A stretch of DNA of 57,136 bases, filler included, from Sphacelaria rigidula (taxonomy: Eukaryota), in NCBI GenBank assembly GCA_964200075.2. It is 5 parts of 5 records of this genome, joined end to end, with 100 filler letters (N's around TTAATTAATTAA, not from the genome) between each part and the next. Parts side by side here need not be neighbours in the genome. Positions count along the whole stretch, not along the records: positions 1 to 11,349 come from CAXNAA020005035.1; positions 11,450 to 22,796 come from CAXNAA020005036.1; 3 more parts are not named here. One strand, written 5' to 3'. Below, in pieces: positions 1-12,641 of this stretch. The notes beneath the pieces are model-generated. The model was not told the DNA's origin. It was given only the letters and a program-made list of their open reading frames with translations, and did no database searches. The translations under genes and the position numbers were made by a program. Every line of letters begins with the position of its first letter. The stretch's first letter is position 1.

Positions 1-100
1 AAAGGAGAAAGGGTCCCCCGTTCAAAAAGGGGGGGGGGTCAAAAAACAAAACACCAAAACCAACAAAAAAATGGGCCCCCCCCCCCCCCCCCCCCCCCCC

Positions 101-395
101 ACCCGCATCTATGGTGAGACACCCATGAAGCAGCATGGAGCCCGCGGCTGTCTCTGGAAGTGCCGATAGCAGAAATAAAGCAACTAATTCAACATAATCC
201 GTACGCTTCGCGATAGACAATCATAGCAGGATACAGCTCACCCTTCATGCGACTCGCCGATTACATCGCGACCCTCTGCGCTCGGTGATTGATTGCGAGA
301 CCGGTCCGGCGAAAACCCGGCGTGCTCTATCCCGGCTTTGTAGGGATGCGAGGTCAATGCCCACACGGCTACGGTATGCAAGACATGAGTATACA
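101..395 (+). repeat. Dispersed ~300-bp repeat, family 1 (next to poly-C)
   Basis: Shares blocks such as CACCCATGA..GGCTGTCTC.GGAAGTG and AAAACCCGGCGTGC..GGATGCG.GGTCAATG with 11450-11525, 13675-13910, 45537-45690 and 56990-57136(-). Confidence 0.85.
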
Positions 396-704
396 GTTGC
401 GGCCTGCACTGAAGAACCTCCTACTTTGCGCAACCCTGGCAGGTCTTATTTCCTTTGTGGGTCATCATAGATACTATATAGGTTTTAGTGTGGGTGGGAT
501 TTAAGTTCTTAAATTTCGTGAAAATCGAACCCTCGGTTTCGTAACTACCAGGTTCCTAAGTGCGGGCCGCAACTGTACCTCCCCACATACCCTTCCCGAC
601 AAGGATGACATGGAAGCGCATTTCTTCTTAGACCCTATACCTAGCGGCCGACCGTATGCGAACAAACAGAGGAAGCGATACCGTAGCAGTTTCAGGGCAC
701 TCAC

Positions 705-803
705 CAGCAGCTGGCGAATATACGGATTGGTTCGCCGGATGTACTTCTGCAGCAGAGGAATAAATCGCTCCACATCGAAATACGCACTTTCTGTTACAAT
801 ATC
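705..803 (-). CDS. VAC14: VAC14 (PIKfyve/Fab1 complex scaffold, HEAT repeats), internal exon
   Basis: cag|GAT...CTG|gtgagt, 33 codons DIVTESAYFDVERFIPLLQKYIRRTNPYIRQLL; continues the LLDRLIK exon in phase 0 as in Vac14 proteins. Confidence 0.9.
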
Positions 804-2510
804 CTGTCCATGGTCGATGGGAACCAGAAGACGAGTGTTGTCCGGGGTGGGGGAACGGGTGGGGAGGGGTGGGGAGGCGGGGGGGTGCGGTTACGTATCA
901 CGTACGCGGCAGACACAACCGTGGGCTATAGTGCGAACACTTCTTCGTCTGAAACGTTCCGCGTTTGTGCTGGCACAGCATCATGCGTGGTTGGGCTTTC
1001 CATGCAAACATCAAACATCATGTGGTACGTGATAAAAACGGGATCGTTTCGTAGCATAGTTCTACTTCCAAGCGTGCTTCTCGGGTGACTGGACTAGTTC
1101 GTGATTCATCTGACCGAGGGATCACTTAATCAGCATTACGCTCACGTATGCGCCCTACACGACGGCCGAGAGCGAAGCATTTGTCCTGAAACTCGACCGT
1201 CTCTGACACTAACCCTAACCCTGGTCATACCCCTGATCCTGACTCTAACCCAAAGCACTCAGCAGTGCACGTTTTCGCAGACTGCATGCTCTGGGGAAAG
1301 TATCAAACCCGTAATTAATGAGCACGAGTGTGGATTATGACTTAACTACTTTCGAAGTCAGCGTTCACAGTAATGGTTTCGAAAGTGAGCCACATCGAAA
1401 CGTAATGTCTCGACAGCCGTGTTCACGTATCGCGGTTGTTTTCCCATTGAACGCTGTCTGGTTGATCACAGATGAAGGCGACAAAGTCACCACGTCACCA
1501 AGACTTGATCATCGACATCCCGCGCTTTTCAAGTTCGTTTCGAGGCCGTGCGGGCGAACCATGCTTCTCCATCGCAGCAGCAAGGAAGAAGGAAAGAAAC
1601 AAGGGTAAAAGTAGAATTCATGTATCTCAGTGTTAGCACAGAAGGTCGTTCTAAAAGCCTCAACGAGACAGTCACAGCAAAATTTTTATGTCACCGCTGG
1701 CTTCTTATGCCGAGCTACTATATCGTCTACTGTACAGGTTTGACAACCGGTACCAGGCATCAGAGCCTGTTTTCGAGGTGGTCAGTCCATACACTACACC
1801 ACAAACCGTTCGCTGCGCATTGGCGACTGACAGTGTACGGCTTGTAAAGCATGCACGACTCGGCAGCGACCGCAATTTGAACTACGGTACGGCAATCGGT
1901 TCTACGGAGGCACCCCGTTCAGGCCGTGGTTGTCGTTCACCCATCACCTCACGCCATCATCCTTGATGCTGGTGATCACGAAAATTGATGAAGCCATTGA
2001 TCCAGCGGAGCCCTCGACGGAACGACTTTCCATAAATTCAACTCGATCCCAAAAACCAACAAAGCATCGGCTGTGACAGGGAGCAAGCTACGATGCGAGC
2101 GCCCGTCGTAAGTTAAAAACGGAGGAGTAAAAGCACAGCACACAACACGGATACCCGTGCAAGAATGGGGGCATTATTGCTGGACCATCGGTTTTGCCCA
2201 TGTTCGCTGGCTACTTTGTCGCTGCTGCTGTTGTCGTCATCATCTGCTGAGTTTAATCGTTAAATTAGCAACAGCAGAGTATGTTCAGCAGATCACGGCC
2301 AACCACGCACGTAACTGGCCGGTGGAAACGCACCAAAGGCAAAGCTATTTCCATTGGCTGTATAGCTGTGCCTGCATGGACTGTCCAAACCAGCGCTTGA
2401 CGTGCCATGCATGAGAAAGCGCACCTATAACGGCAGGTTGGATTTGGCAACTCGGCCTCAACAGCTACCTCGTTTGAAAAATGGGGTCTGTGATTGGCCG
2501 ACCTTATGAA

Positions 2511-2870
2511 TGTTAGAGATATAGATACTCGATTTATCTAAAAAGATTCCACGAAGAACGTAGTACAGACTTGACGTTTCCAGATATATCGAGTCTCTAG
2601 AGAGTTTCCAGAGGGTTCCAAGAGGTCCGGGAAAACGTTCTCCATGGTTCCCCGTCATTGCTCTTCTCAAATTTGGGTCCTATGGTTGATCTTGAGGGAT
2701 TTTCAGAGCTACCTAGATGTTCACCATGCTCGAAAAACTGCACCATCAGGATGTCGATGGGTGCCCCCTAGATCACCATCACGAGACGATCTGCTCACCC
2801 GAGTACGAGGTAAGGGTCGAAACATCATAATATCATCATAATAAGACGACAATTACGTGTTCCCACGACA
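2511..2870 (+). repeat. Putative 5' LTR
   Basis: TGTTAGAGAT...CCACGACA; co-linear but diverged copy of 7243-7599. Confidence 0.65.
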
Positions 2871-3059
2871 CGTCTCTGCTTTTCAGTACCTGCGTGTGGA
2901 TCCCGTGTCGCACGAATGACGAGGAAATCGGACACGTCATGACTGATAGAAAGTTTCGAGAAGGTCTTGAGACAGGATATTCAGGGACACAAGAAACAGA
3001 TATGGACCCCAAACAGTTTGCGCACGTGATTGGCTGCCGCCACGGTGGTACAGGCACTT

Positions 3060-3061
3060 CA

Positions 3062-3104
<43 letters not shown>

Positions 3105-3113
3105 CAACAGCAA
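3060..3113 (+). repeat. (CAG)n microsatellite in the Copia gag remnant
   Basis: Direct reading of the sequence. Confidence 0.95.
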
Positions 3114-3367
3114 ATCCCGGGAGAGGCTGCTGCAGCATTGGAAGCTAAACGCAAGAACTTCAATGGCAGAGGGGAGGACTGGGAGGGCTGGAGAATCAAG
3201 CATCCAGCTAAGGCAGAAGCACTGGGATTTGAAGAGGAACTGGCCTCGCACCAAGGCCGTGATATCACGGTTGGCGCTGGGGGATTTGGCGCAAGCGGCA
3301 TCGATCCCGTGAGGTGACGCCAGGCCAGGCAGATATGAACGTCCCTGCTCACGACCTGCATATGAAC

Positions 3368-4430
3368 CATGGTTTGGACTACTAAAATTGTGATTCGACT
3401 CATATTCAACGTTTGGACGACTCAATCATACGATTCGTGGGAATCGATCATACGATCTGTACACAGGTTGTGAGTTACACATGTTTCGGGTTCGTGATTT
3501 TCACGACACTACTTGGGGTGTACACATTTCGAGTTTGTGATTCGTGCGATACACCGTCGGAGATACACGTTTTTTTTTTATCTTCTATTCGTATGGTATG
3601 AATCATTGGCACATGTTTCCTAATTTCTTTTCATGCAGCATGAATCATAGGCACACGTTCCCCACCTTCAATTCATACGAGATGGATCGAGTGTACATGT
3701 TCCCACTTTCATTTACGCAGCGTGACTCATACGTACAGATGAGGTATTGACAGCCTTTCTGCGATTCATGCTTTGCTCTGCGGTACAGATCGCCTAAATA
3801 TATACAACAGTAAAAAAACAGCTTCAGACAGCGCCAGTACTGTAAGAGTCGTTCCCACATGTTTGGGTAAGTTTTTGGAAATACTCCTGCAGCGCCCACT
3901 GCAGTCAGCGGGCAGTATAGTACAGTACAGTACAGTACAGCTCAGTATTATACTGTACAATCTGTGCAGCGGAAAGCGGACAACAGGATTACGAAACCCT
4001 TCATATATACGGCATGAATCAAAGGTACATACTGCCTGTCTACCCTTTGATTAACGCAACATGAATCATACATGTTGACCGCCTTCCATCCATACGAGGT
4101 CAATCAAGCGTATATATTTCCCAGTTTTCGTCCAGGCAGCACGAATCATACGCGCACGTTCCCCACCTTCGATTCATACGGAATAAATCAAGTGTACATG
4201 TTTCCCACCAATGATTCATAAAGGAAATGTTATTCGTACATATTTCGAACTCTTGATTCTTCCGACACTACTTGGAGTGTACAAATTCCCAGTTCGTGAT
4301 CCGTGCGGTATGAACTTGAACATACAACCTTCCCGTCGGTGATCCATATCGGATGACTCTTTGGTACATAATTCGCCTGCAGCATTCATGGCTGGTCAAC
4401 CTGTATGAACTCTGATTCGTCCGTACCGTG
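3368..4430. mobile_element. Non-autonomous hAT-like TIR element inserted in Copia gag
   Basis: Imperfect TIRs CATGGTTTGGAC / GTCCGTACCGTG; 8-bp TSD ATATGAAC / AAATGAAC; internal ATGAATCA/GATTCATA repeats; removal rejoins gag as LLTTCK*TARDIV. Confidence 0.75.
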
Positions 4431-6294
4431 AAATGAACTGCTCGTGATATAGTCAAGAGTGCGAAGTCACCCAGCGGAGGCTGACGGGTGCGTAATCAAC
4501 ACTACCACACGAATCGACTTCGGGTGAAGCGTCACCTGGCCAGGGAGGTCACTCCCATAAAATTGGGGCTCGGGGAACACCCCCGAGAGTTAGCTCACCA
4601 AGAGGGCGGACGAAGCAGCGAAGGAGCTGCGGAGATTGGGAAATATTATCGACGAGGACGACATCATCGTGATGACCCCGAATTCAAATTCAAGAGAGTT
4701 ACGGCACAGAGGTGCGCTTGTGGACTGTGGAGATGACGTCACCCTGACGAGAAAAAATATTATGCAAGGCCTGGCAAATTAGTATTACAGCTTGCAGAAA
4801 TGAGTTGCAGGCGGGAAGACACTCCATTGCGTCGGCTCGGGGACAACGTGAATACGACATGCCAATCCTGTCGTTGACCCAGCTACACCACAGATCAGAT
4901 TTTTCATACCAGGTTACAAGGGCGCGACATTGCCAAACCAAGGGGGCGGCGAATGAGGAGACAATCGAGATTGAAACAAAAACATGAGAAGGAAGGCACC
5001 CGTAGTCAAAGGGAGAGAAAATGGAATCCAGGGCATTGATATCTCTGCAGGGAAATTGGGTAACAAAGCGAGGAATTATCCCCAGCGCAAAGACAAAGCC
5101 GAGGACCCTGGTGGAGAAGGAAACGCACGAACCCTAATCGCGAAGTCCGCGCGCGCCACATCCATGTCTGCCACCCCCGGTGTAGCAATCACTACATCCA
5201 TCCTGGAGGGGCCCTAAAGCTGATAGGCAGATTCGGATGGAACGGAGCATGACTCCGGGCACAACAGCTCCGATACATAATGAACTCGCGGCACATACGG
5301 AGACGATTGCAGTGAGTGTTGAGAAATTTGGTTCAGGGTCAAGGGTACGGTGGGCTGGGGATGGGGCTTGGGCTGGTGCTGCAGCAACCGGGTAGTATGA
5401 CAAAGGTCTCACCACCTAGTGTAACGGTTGTGTTGCCACCCGGCTGCTGCGGCTCCATCTCCAGCCCCAGCCCAAGGTATCCCGCAAGTACCGGCGGTTA
5501 ATAATCTACCAGAGCGATTCCGTCTGGAGTCATATGCGCCGGTGCACCCGAATATGCTGACCAGCTTTCGAACCTCTCCGCCACAGATTCAGTGACGATC
5601 ATGTAATAAATTGTAGGGGTAAGGCATTGTTTTCAAGGGCGTCACGATCGCGCGGTGTAATGGAGATGCACCGACTACCGACTAATTGACCATCCCAGAA
5701 GGTAGATAAATCACTCGAAATATGGAAAGCAAATCGGCGTAGAGCTCTCTGGCCAGTGGACGCCGTGTGTCGCCTGCTCTGAGGCAAAAGTGCGTCGAAT
5801 CGCCTCGCCGTACCAAAGTCCGCAGACACCCGCTCCACTCGCAGGGCCGCACGTTTTTTCCTGGAGGTCAACGGCAGCGTGACGACGGCGAGTCTCGGTG
5901 GCAGTAAGTACGTGACATGTATGGACAACGTCTAGCGCTTCAAGGCCGCTCGATTCCCAAACAAGAAGAGCGATGCCGCTGGCGCGGTAGCAATCATTAT
6001 CGTCGATTACATGACTCATGCTGCTTTGAAGATCGGCTCTATTTGAACGGAGGAGGGAGGTGAATTTGAGGATGAGTTTCAGTAGGTGCTTGGCGCGCAT
6101 GGCAGCACTTATGAGTTCACCCCTCCTGATATGCCACAATATAACCAATGGGGTGAAGGGGCGAGTCCCCGGGCTATGGCGAAAACACCCATATCGCTTT
6201 GCTGCAGGATATGACAAAGAGAGGCTGCAAGTGACAAGACTCTGCGCTGAGGCACGGAACTATGCCTGCGATGCGTCCGGTTTACGTGCCACAT

Positions 6295-6390
6295 CCCCTT
6301 ATTTTCCTTTTTTCTTGTTCTATCATGGGACCACGGCTGGACCCCTGGGGGGTCAGTTAAAGTGCGACAATCAGGGGGAAAAACAAAACG
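6295..6390 (+). repeat. Dispersed repeat family 2 (retroposon-like 3' end) inserted in the Copia integrase
   Basis: CATG.GACCACGGCTGGACCCCTGGGGG.TCAGTT.AAGTGCGACAAT is also present at ~55590-55652 and ~56562-56625. Confidence 0.75.
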
Positions 6391-7242
6391 ATCATCGCTT
6401 GAGGACGGCACGTCGCCGTACGAGAACTGGTATGGCAGAAATCTGTGGCGACATCTTCAACCGTTTGTCATCGTCGGACACGCACAAGATGGGAAGAGAG
6501 CGCGCAAGCTAGTACCAAAAGGAGGACGGTGCGTCATGCTGGGCATTGCGGCGCGGAACCTGGCCAAATCCTGCGACGATCCCGGACCAGTAGACCGGGA
6601 GACGGCGATGAAGGCACTACGATACTTTCGGCGGACAAAAGTCCCTCAGAATCGCACTCGGTGGAGTTGAGGGACGCGATGATGACCGGATACGTCGACT
6701 CCGACCACGCGACATGCCTGGGCAGTTCACGTTCTATCTCGGGTGGGGCTGTTCTGTACGGTGGCGGCACGATAAGCTCATTATCACGAGCACAGAGGGG
6801 GACAGCGTCGGTGTCGTTTGCGTCGGAGTGCGTGACGCTCGCGGAAATCGTTCATGAAACCAACTTCCCTCGTCAGGTGCAATCAAGATGGTGAACAACA
6901 AACACGGCAGCAGCACCAGCAGCAGCACCAGCCGGAGATCGTGTCACATCGACATTAAGCACCACATTGTTCGAGACGGAATCGAGGAGGGGTTGGTCCT
7001 CAGTGCTCATGTTGGTAAGTGACCAACATGGGGACATACTTGCAAAAGGCTTCAGACATGAGGACCTTCGAGTTGGGTGCGAAAGCTCCCCTGAACTTCG
7101 AGCAGATGTGGAGGTGCGACAGGAGCGAAGTGCCCCGTCTACCGTGGCAGATCAGTTGAATGTTTTCCATACTTGGTCGACAACAGCGTGAGCTTTTTGG
7201 GGAGGAAATAAACTAAGAAACGCCCCGTGAAACGTGTAGCGT

Positions 7243-7599
7243 TGTTGGAGATGAAGATGCTCTATTCATAGCAGAAGATTCCAGAAAGTACGTCGTACAG
7301 ACGGGACGATCGTAGAATAGAATTATCGAAGTTCTAGGCGGCTTCGAGAAGGTTCCAAGGGGTCCGGAAGAAGGTTCTCGATGGTACCGCGTAATTGCTC
7401 TATTGAGTTTGGATCTATGGTTGATTTTTAGATATTTCGAGAGCAACCTAGCTGTTCACCGTGTTCAAGAAGTGCTGTACCATCATGAATTTGATGGGTC
7501 CCCTCTTGATCAGTTTCACAGACGATCTACTCACCCGAGTTTGGGAAAATAGTCAAAAGTATACCTATAAGAAGACAAATAATAATTGTTTCCACGACA
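7243..7599 (+). repeat. Putative 3' LTR
   Basis: TGTTGGAGAT...CCACGACA, downstream of the RNase H remnant and a purine-rich tract (~7199-7220). Confidence 0.65.
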
Positions 7600-8162
7600 A
7601 GTCTCTGCTACTCAATAGCTGGTAGTGGAAGCCGTGCTGCGCAAAACGACAAGACTTTTGGACAATGAATCCCTACAGAATTTCCCCATTTGACTGTCAT
7701 GCTTGAAATATACGCGACATCTCAATAACAGGAATGAACATTTCTAACTTGCTCGTGGAAACCAGCCACGTAAAGGGGAGCGGTTCCAAGCGGAAATCTA
7801 GCTCCAGCTGTGTTCTGACAGCACAACAATCCGATCGACCAGACCCGCGGTCCGACGATACGAGTTCCGCACGAGACAAATCACAACGTGAGTGTTATAC
7901 AACTCTGTCGCTCTGCGAGCGTTGCTCTTCTTCGGGGGAGTGACGTCATGTGCTGAAGAACGCCTTCCCTCGGAGTTGACACGAAAAACCAACTAGCAGT
8001 TATTCGACACGTGCACAAACAACCTCTGCCGGCTAGATACGCAGAACACGTTTGGATATACTTCGCACAAGACGGGATGCACGACTCCTCCGACGTTACG
8101 CGGTGGAGGGCGAATGCCAACAGCATGGATCATGACAAACACACACACGCACACACGCACAC

Positions 8163-8282
8163 CTTAATAAGGCGATCCAGCAAGTTTGACCCGTTCCTGG
8201 CGTCCATGTCTACGTCCGAAAACAGCTTGCACAACCCGTCGAAGATCTGATTGAAGTATTCAAGGATGTCACCTCTCGCCAC
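8163..8282 (-). CDS. VAC14: VAC14 internal exon
   Basis: AG/GT bounded, 40 codons VARGDILEYFNQIFDGLCKLFSDVDMDARNGSNLLDRLIK, a conserved Vac14 N-terminal HEAT segment. Confidence 0.93.
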
Positions 8283-8773
8283 CTGAAGCAAAGTTGAACG
8301 ACACAAAAGCACACCCAACCATGAATGAAATTTCGAGGTTCTACCTGGTGGTTATGCCGACCAGATCTTGGCTTGAAAAACATGCATCCCAATGCTGCAC
8401 CTCGACAAGAGGGACAACCGACGACCGAAGACACGCGGAGTTAGTCTCTTTGCGCAGAGATAATGGCGGTCTCTCTCATCACGCGTACATCGCTGTGAAC
8501 TTTTGTAGCAGAGTTGCGGACAGTACCTACGGATGCACGGCGACTCACCTCCGGCGCACCAGCCTCGAGCCGAAACCATCTCGAGCGCACACACTAGACA
8601 CGCGATGGGTGAGTACCAAAAATAGCACACAAAAAACCAAAATTGTACATTTCGGTCTGAACCAAAGCAACTGTACCGTACTGTACTTGCTGGTTTCGCT
8701 TCCCCATGAAGCAGCGACCGCAGTACAACGAGCAAGCAAAGCGAGGACTGCAGCCAAAAAACAACGCACATAC

Positions 8774-8884
8774 CTTGGCGATGTTGTATAGAGACTCGCA
8801 GGCGTAGTACCTCACTCTGCTTTCGGGGTCGTCGAGGCAGTGTAGCACTGGCTGCAGAAGGGCATCCAGGTAGAGCTTCGTCGA
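8774..8884 (-). CDS. VAC14: VAC14 internal exon (Fab1-binding region)
   Basis: AG/GT bounded, 37 codons [52 protein letters not shown] is a Vac14 signature. Confidence 0.95.
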
Positions 8885-11288
8885 CTGCAATCGATTGGCG
8901 CACAGCGTTAAAAAACGTCATATAACATCACCAGTCGCTTCCTTGGGGGTCTTCGTGTCATCCTCCACGTTCGGGAAGGTGAACGGAATTAAAAACTGCG
9001 GATTTCAGCCGACGCCTGGTTATACTGAAGTGGACTAAGCCTCATTTTCCCTTTCGGAACGTAAATACCTCCTGACAGGCGACTGACCTCACCTTTGGAA
9101 TAGTACCAGAATATCACTGCTCGTCAGTCCCAGACAGATATCCGACAACTTTTAGCATCTTATCGGGACAAAAATGTAGAACGTTGCTTTTTCAATTTTC
9201 CTGGGCGGGTATCCAGCTGAGAGTCGAACGTCTTGGGGTAAGACCCCAAATCGGCTAAGGTACTGCACTAGTTGGGGTGTTGACAGAGACAATGTACAAA
9301 GAGATTCTTGAGATGCCTCAACCAGTGCAAAAAGTATTTCCGTCGCAAAATGAAGTCTTCGCTCGCACGGCGTTTAGACGTGTACTGTGAAGAGACTTGA
9401 TACGCACATCTACAGTATAGATCTGCAGTAGAGTACAAACATGCACTGCAGGTTTTCATCTGAGGGGAATACTAGAGGCCTGGGCCTTTTGATGGTGGGA
9501 AATTTTTCGTGTAGTGTTATGCAGCTTTTATATTTCATCGTGTGCCTAATTCTGTTCTGAACCTCATCGCTTGCACATTGACAGTGCTGGAAGGTCAATG
9601 GCACCGGCACTCGAGCCATCTAGACCCCAGAGCGCCTGTGTGAAGTGGGTGTGATGGCAACCGCAGTGAATTGGGCGAAATATCTTCGGCGAAGACAATT
9701 GCCGTGGCCACGGTAAAATACAGTAGTACCTGAAGCTTGCTGTCCTTTGAGTGAAGAAACCCTGTGCTGCGCGTGCTGCGCCGTACGGCGTACGACGGGA
9801 ATTGAGTATGTGATGTCACATGGTCGCTGGTGGGAATACGTTTCTAATTTCTAATTTCTCGGCCCATCACTCCCACAGCGCGTTGTCATATTTCACATGA
9901 ACGAATGGGCGTTCATCATGAGCAGTAAACATCTCCGACACTTCGAAGTCTCGCTTGAACCGAGAAGGACAGCCAGGGTTCCCTGCATTGATGGATTCCA
10001 CCACTGCGAACCATCAACCGAGTAGCGATGATAACTGGTCAAGTGGTGGTGGTACAGAGGATGTAGTGGGGCAGAGGAGTATCAACAGGACTTCACAGGA
10101 GTGCATTGTCGCACCAGCTCGTCCCGCGGGTGGTTCCTGTCGGTCGCATCACTCGATTCTTGTCGTACGTTCGTTGTACGTACAAGCTCATGGCTGTTTC
10201 TTCATCGAAGTGTCCAAGAATCGCTACACTAGACTGCATTTTCGACGCGTTTATTTCGGTGGGAGGCGGATGCACGTATGTCCCTGTGAGGACGGGATGG
10301 GACGGGATGGGACGGGAGTTTCGGTCCCGTCCCGTCACAGCAAGTACCGTCGCTTGTTGGCGATGGGAAAACGATCCCGTCCCTTCCCAAAGTCCCGTAA
10401 CAAGTACAGTTTTTTTTCCGAATGTAGGTGATGGCGATGGTAGCCAAGAAATCTGGGCGTTGTAGCAGATAATCTATGAAGCACTCAGGTGCACCCGTTG
10501 GTACGATTGACATGATTTACCCTTGAAAAACGACTGCCAAATTACTTGTTCATTTGTTCGTCCACAAGAGTCAGCAATGATTATACGATATAATGTACAT
10601 AATAAAAACACATACTCATACACGCGGCTGTTTCTAATTTTTACACAACTGCTCCTATGAAACGAGAAGCTGACGCTTTTACCGTAGCTCGCATGCCTCT
10701 TGTTGAACCTCACTTGGACGGGACACGATTTGGTGCCTTCGGAGTATAGCTGTGACAAGGAGGACATATGACTCCTACATAAAAATGCGGGCCGTCACAC
10801 TGTGCCAGCAACAGCTATGCATCCACGGTAATCGTAGGACAGGAGGTGCGGCGGGTGCAGTCACTATGTTGACCCTGTTGCGGCCGGTAGCGCAGGCAAC
10901 AAAATAATGTCCAAAGGGAGGGCCATCGCACCCGCCCTCTCAACCGTGTCACGAGGTCGTCAAAGAAGCCTGTTGATCGAAATAGCAATGTTGTCAAAAT
11001 CAACGCTTGTCGAGAAAATCTGGACAGGTATCCTTCTCCACCTGGCGTCTAACTACCCACGCCTGCACTACGGGCCATTCTTCGAGCACCTTGCCGAGCG
11101 ATTCAGGGGGCACAATATTTTGAACAATTTGCATGGCATGGGTGCGAGAATGATTGAGAGCGGAAAAGCATAACGGAAGGATCGAATGGGTGGACGACAA
11201 AAAAACAAGCTGCAAATGACCGGCCAACATAATGATAGTCTATTGGTAGTATTAGCAGTATTAGCAGTAGTAGTGGTGGAACACACTC

Positions 11289-11349
<61 letters not shown>
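11289..11349 (+). repeat. (TAC)n microsatellite at contig end
   Basis: Direct reading of the sequence. Confidence 0.95.
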
Positions 11350-11449
11350 NNNNNNNNNNNNNNNNNNNNNNNNNNNNNNNNNNNNNNNNNNNNTTAATTA
11401 ATTAANNNNNNNNNNNNNNNNNNNNNNNNNNNNNNNNNNNNNNNNNNNN
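11350..11449. other. Artificial contig linker
   Basis: N44-TTAATTAATTAA-N44 (stop codons in all six frames). Confidence 0.98.
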
Positions 11450-11525
11450 TGCTCCGTCTCGAAAGGGATGCGTGGTCAATGGTCAAATGACTAAGGCAAG
11501 CAACAAATGAGTACGCCCCCCCCCT
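11450..11525 (+). repeat. Dispersed repeat family 1, 3' fragment at contig start
   Basis: GGATGCGTGGTCAATGG...ATGAGTACG followed by a C-run. Confidence 0.75.
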
Positions 11526-12300
11526 CTCCTGTTTTGTTTCTCTGTCACTTTTGTTCAGCTTACTTCGTTGGTTTTATCTTGTTTTTCTGTTCTCTCCCTT
11601 TTTGTCGAGTTTCCTTCACTGACAGCAAGTGTGTCTGTTTTATTCACCTCGGGATAGATTTTTGGCCATTTCATGTGCGGCCATCGATCAGTCGTGTATG
11701 GCAAACGCCCCGCGCACGCCCCGCGTGTGACCCATCATTTGTACATTTTTGGTTGTGTTACGTGCATTTCAGGATATTTCTATGAATTTTCAAGAAACCA
11801 ACTACAAGATCCTGCTGCAGGTGCAGTACCTCAATAGCAGGAGATCAGCCAAGTGCGAAGATCACAACATTCACAGGTAAAAAAATGCAAATATCATTGG
11901 AAATATGTCTCATTGTTATTATTGTTGTTCTTATTCTTCTTATTCTTCTTATTCTTATTATTATTTCCGCACACATAAGTCCGATCTCGCGAACCCGTGG
12001 TCACAGACCCGCGCTCGCCTTTCCAATACCGTCCCTGCTATTCCTCACAAGGCATATTACCAAAAATAAAAATAAGAAGAGAGACGCCACGAAAACCGGT
12101 GAGAAGTAGCTCCCCCGAGTTCATAGTATTTCTTTTTGTTCCTATTCGCGGTCGAGAGATGGATGAGACAGATCCCGAGGCGAAATCCTCTCATGAAAGA
12201 GAAACATTACATAGAATCTGGCTTGCACTGAATCGCACTCAATTGGGACTCCCAGGAATGTATATTGGTGGATGATGACGATGATAATGGTGGTGGTACC

Positions 12301-12641
12301 GGTCACCCCAGTGGCTCAGTTGGTAACCTCGGAACCCTCTGATGGTTGGGTCATAGGTTCGAATCTCGGTGAAGTTATACGATCTGTTTTTTTTTTCTCA
12401 CACAAAGGGTAGACAAAGTTCGACTTGATGGTCGACGAGGGGAAAGGACCGCTGAACCCCTCTGGCGATAAAAAAGAAAGGCAAGCACCGCAGCAGGAAG
12501 GTGGAGAAAAAAAAAAAAAAAACTCCTGTGTTGGCCTTCATCCTGTGTGACCCCGGCTGGTGCGTCCACATATATCGAAATATGTAGACCGGTGTCCAGA
12601 ATAGCTGGGACGATAACACACACACAATATACCGCACAAAG
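12301..12641 (+). mobile_element. Putative tRNA-derived SINE
   Basis: Pol III A box GTGGCTCAGTTGG (12311) and B box GGTTCGAATCTC (12356), a non-tRNA body and an (AC)n-like tail; the 3' end recurs inverted at ~22718-22796. Confidence 0.65.

Larger units (their letters stand above)
2511..7599 (+). mobile_element. Degenerate Ty1/Copia LTR retrotransposon in a VAC14 intron (antisense to the gene)
   Basis: Remnants in Copia order: Gag (FNGRGEDWEGWR ~3155-3190; ARDIVKSAKSPS..LGEHP ~4440-4580), pre-integrase/integrase (CVACSEAK, SLGGSKY, EGGEFE, FTPPDMPQYN, SPYENWYG, 5760-6470), RT end/RNase H (GYVDSDHATC..SISGGAV, HIDIKHH, QHGDILAK, 6540-7050). Stops, frameshifts and a large RT deletion. Confidence 0.88.

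Noticed and set aside
3030..3317. PolyQ host protein
   Set aside because: It is a CAG tract inside a broken Copia gag within the VAC14 intron.
11394..11405. TTAATTAATTAA as a recurring biological motif or piggyBac site
   Set aside because: It is always centred in N44 pads, so it is an assembly linker.
12301..12375. Functional tRNA gene
   Set aside because: A and B boxes are present, but the stems look degenerate and it is fused to a repeated body; a SINE head fits better.
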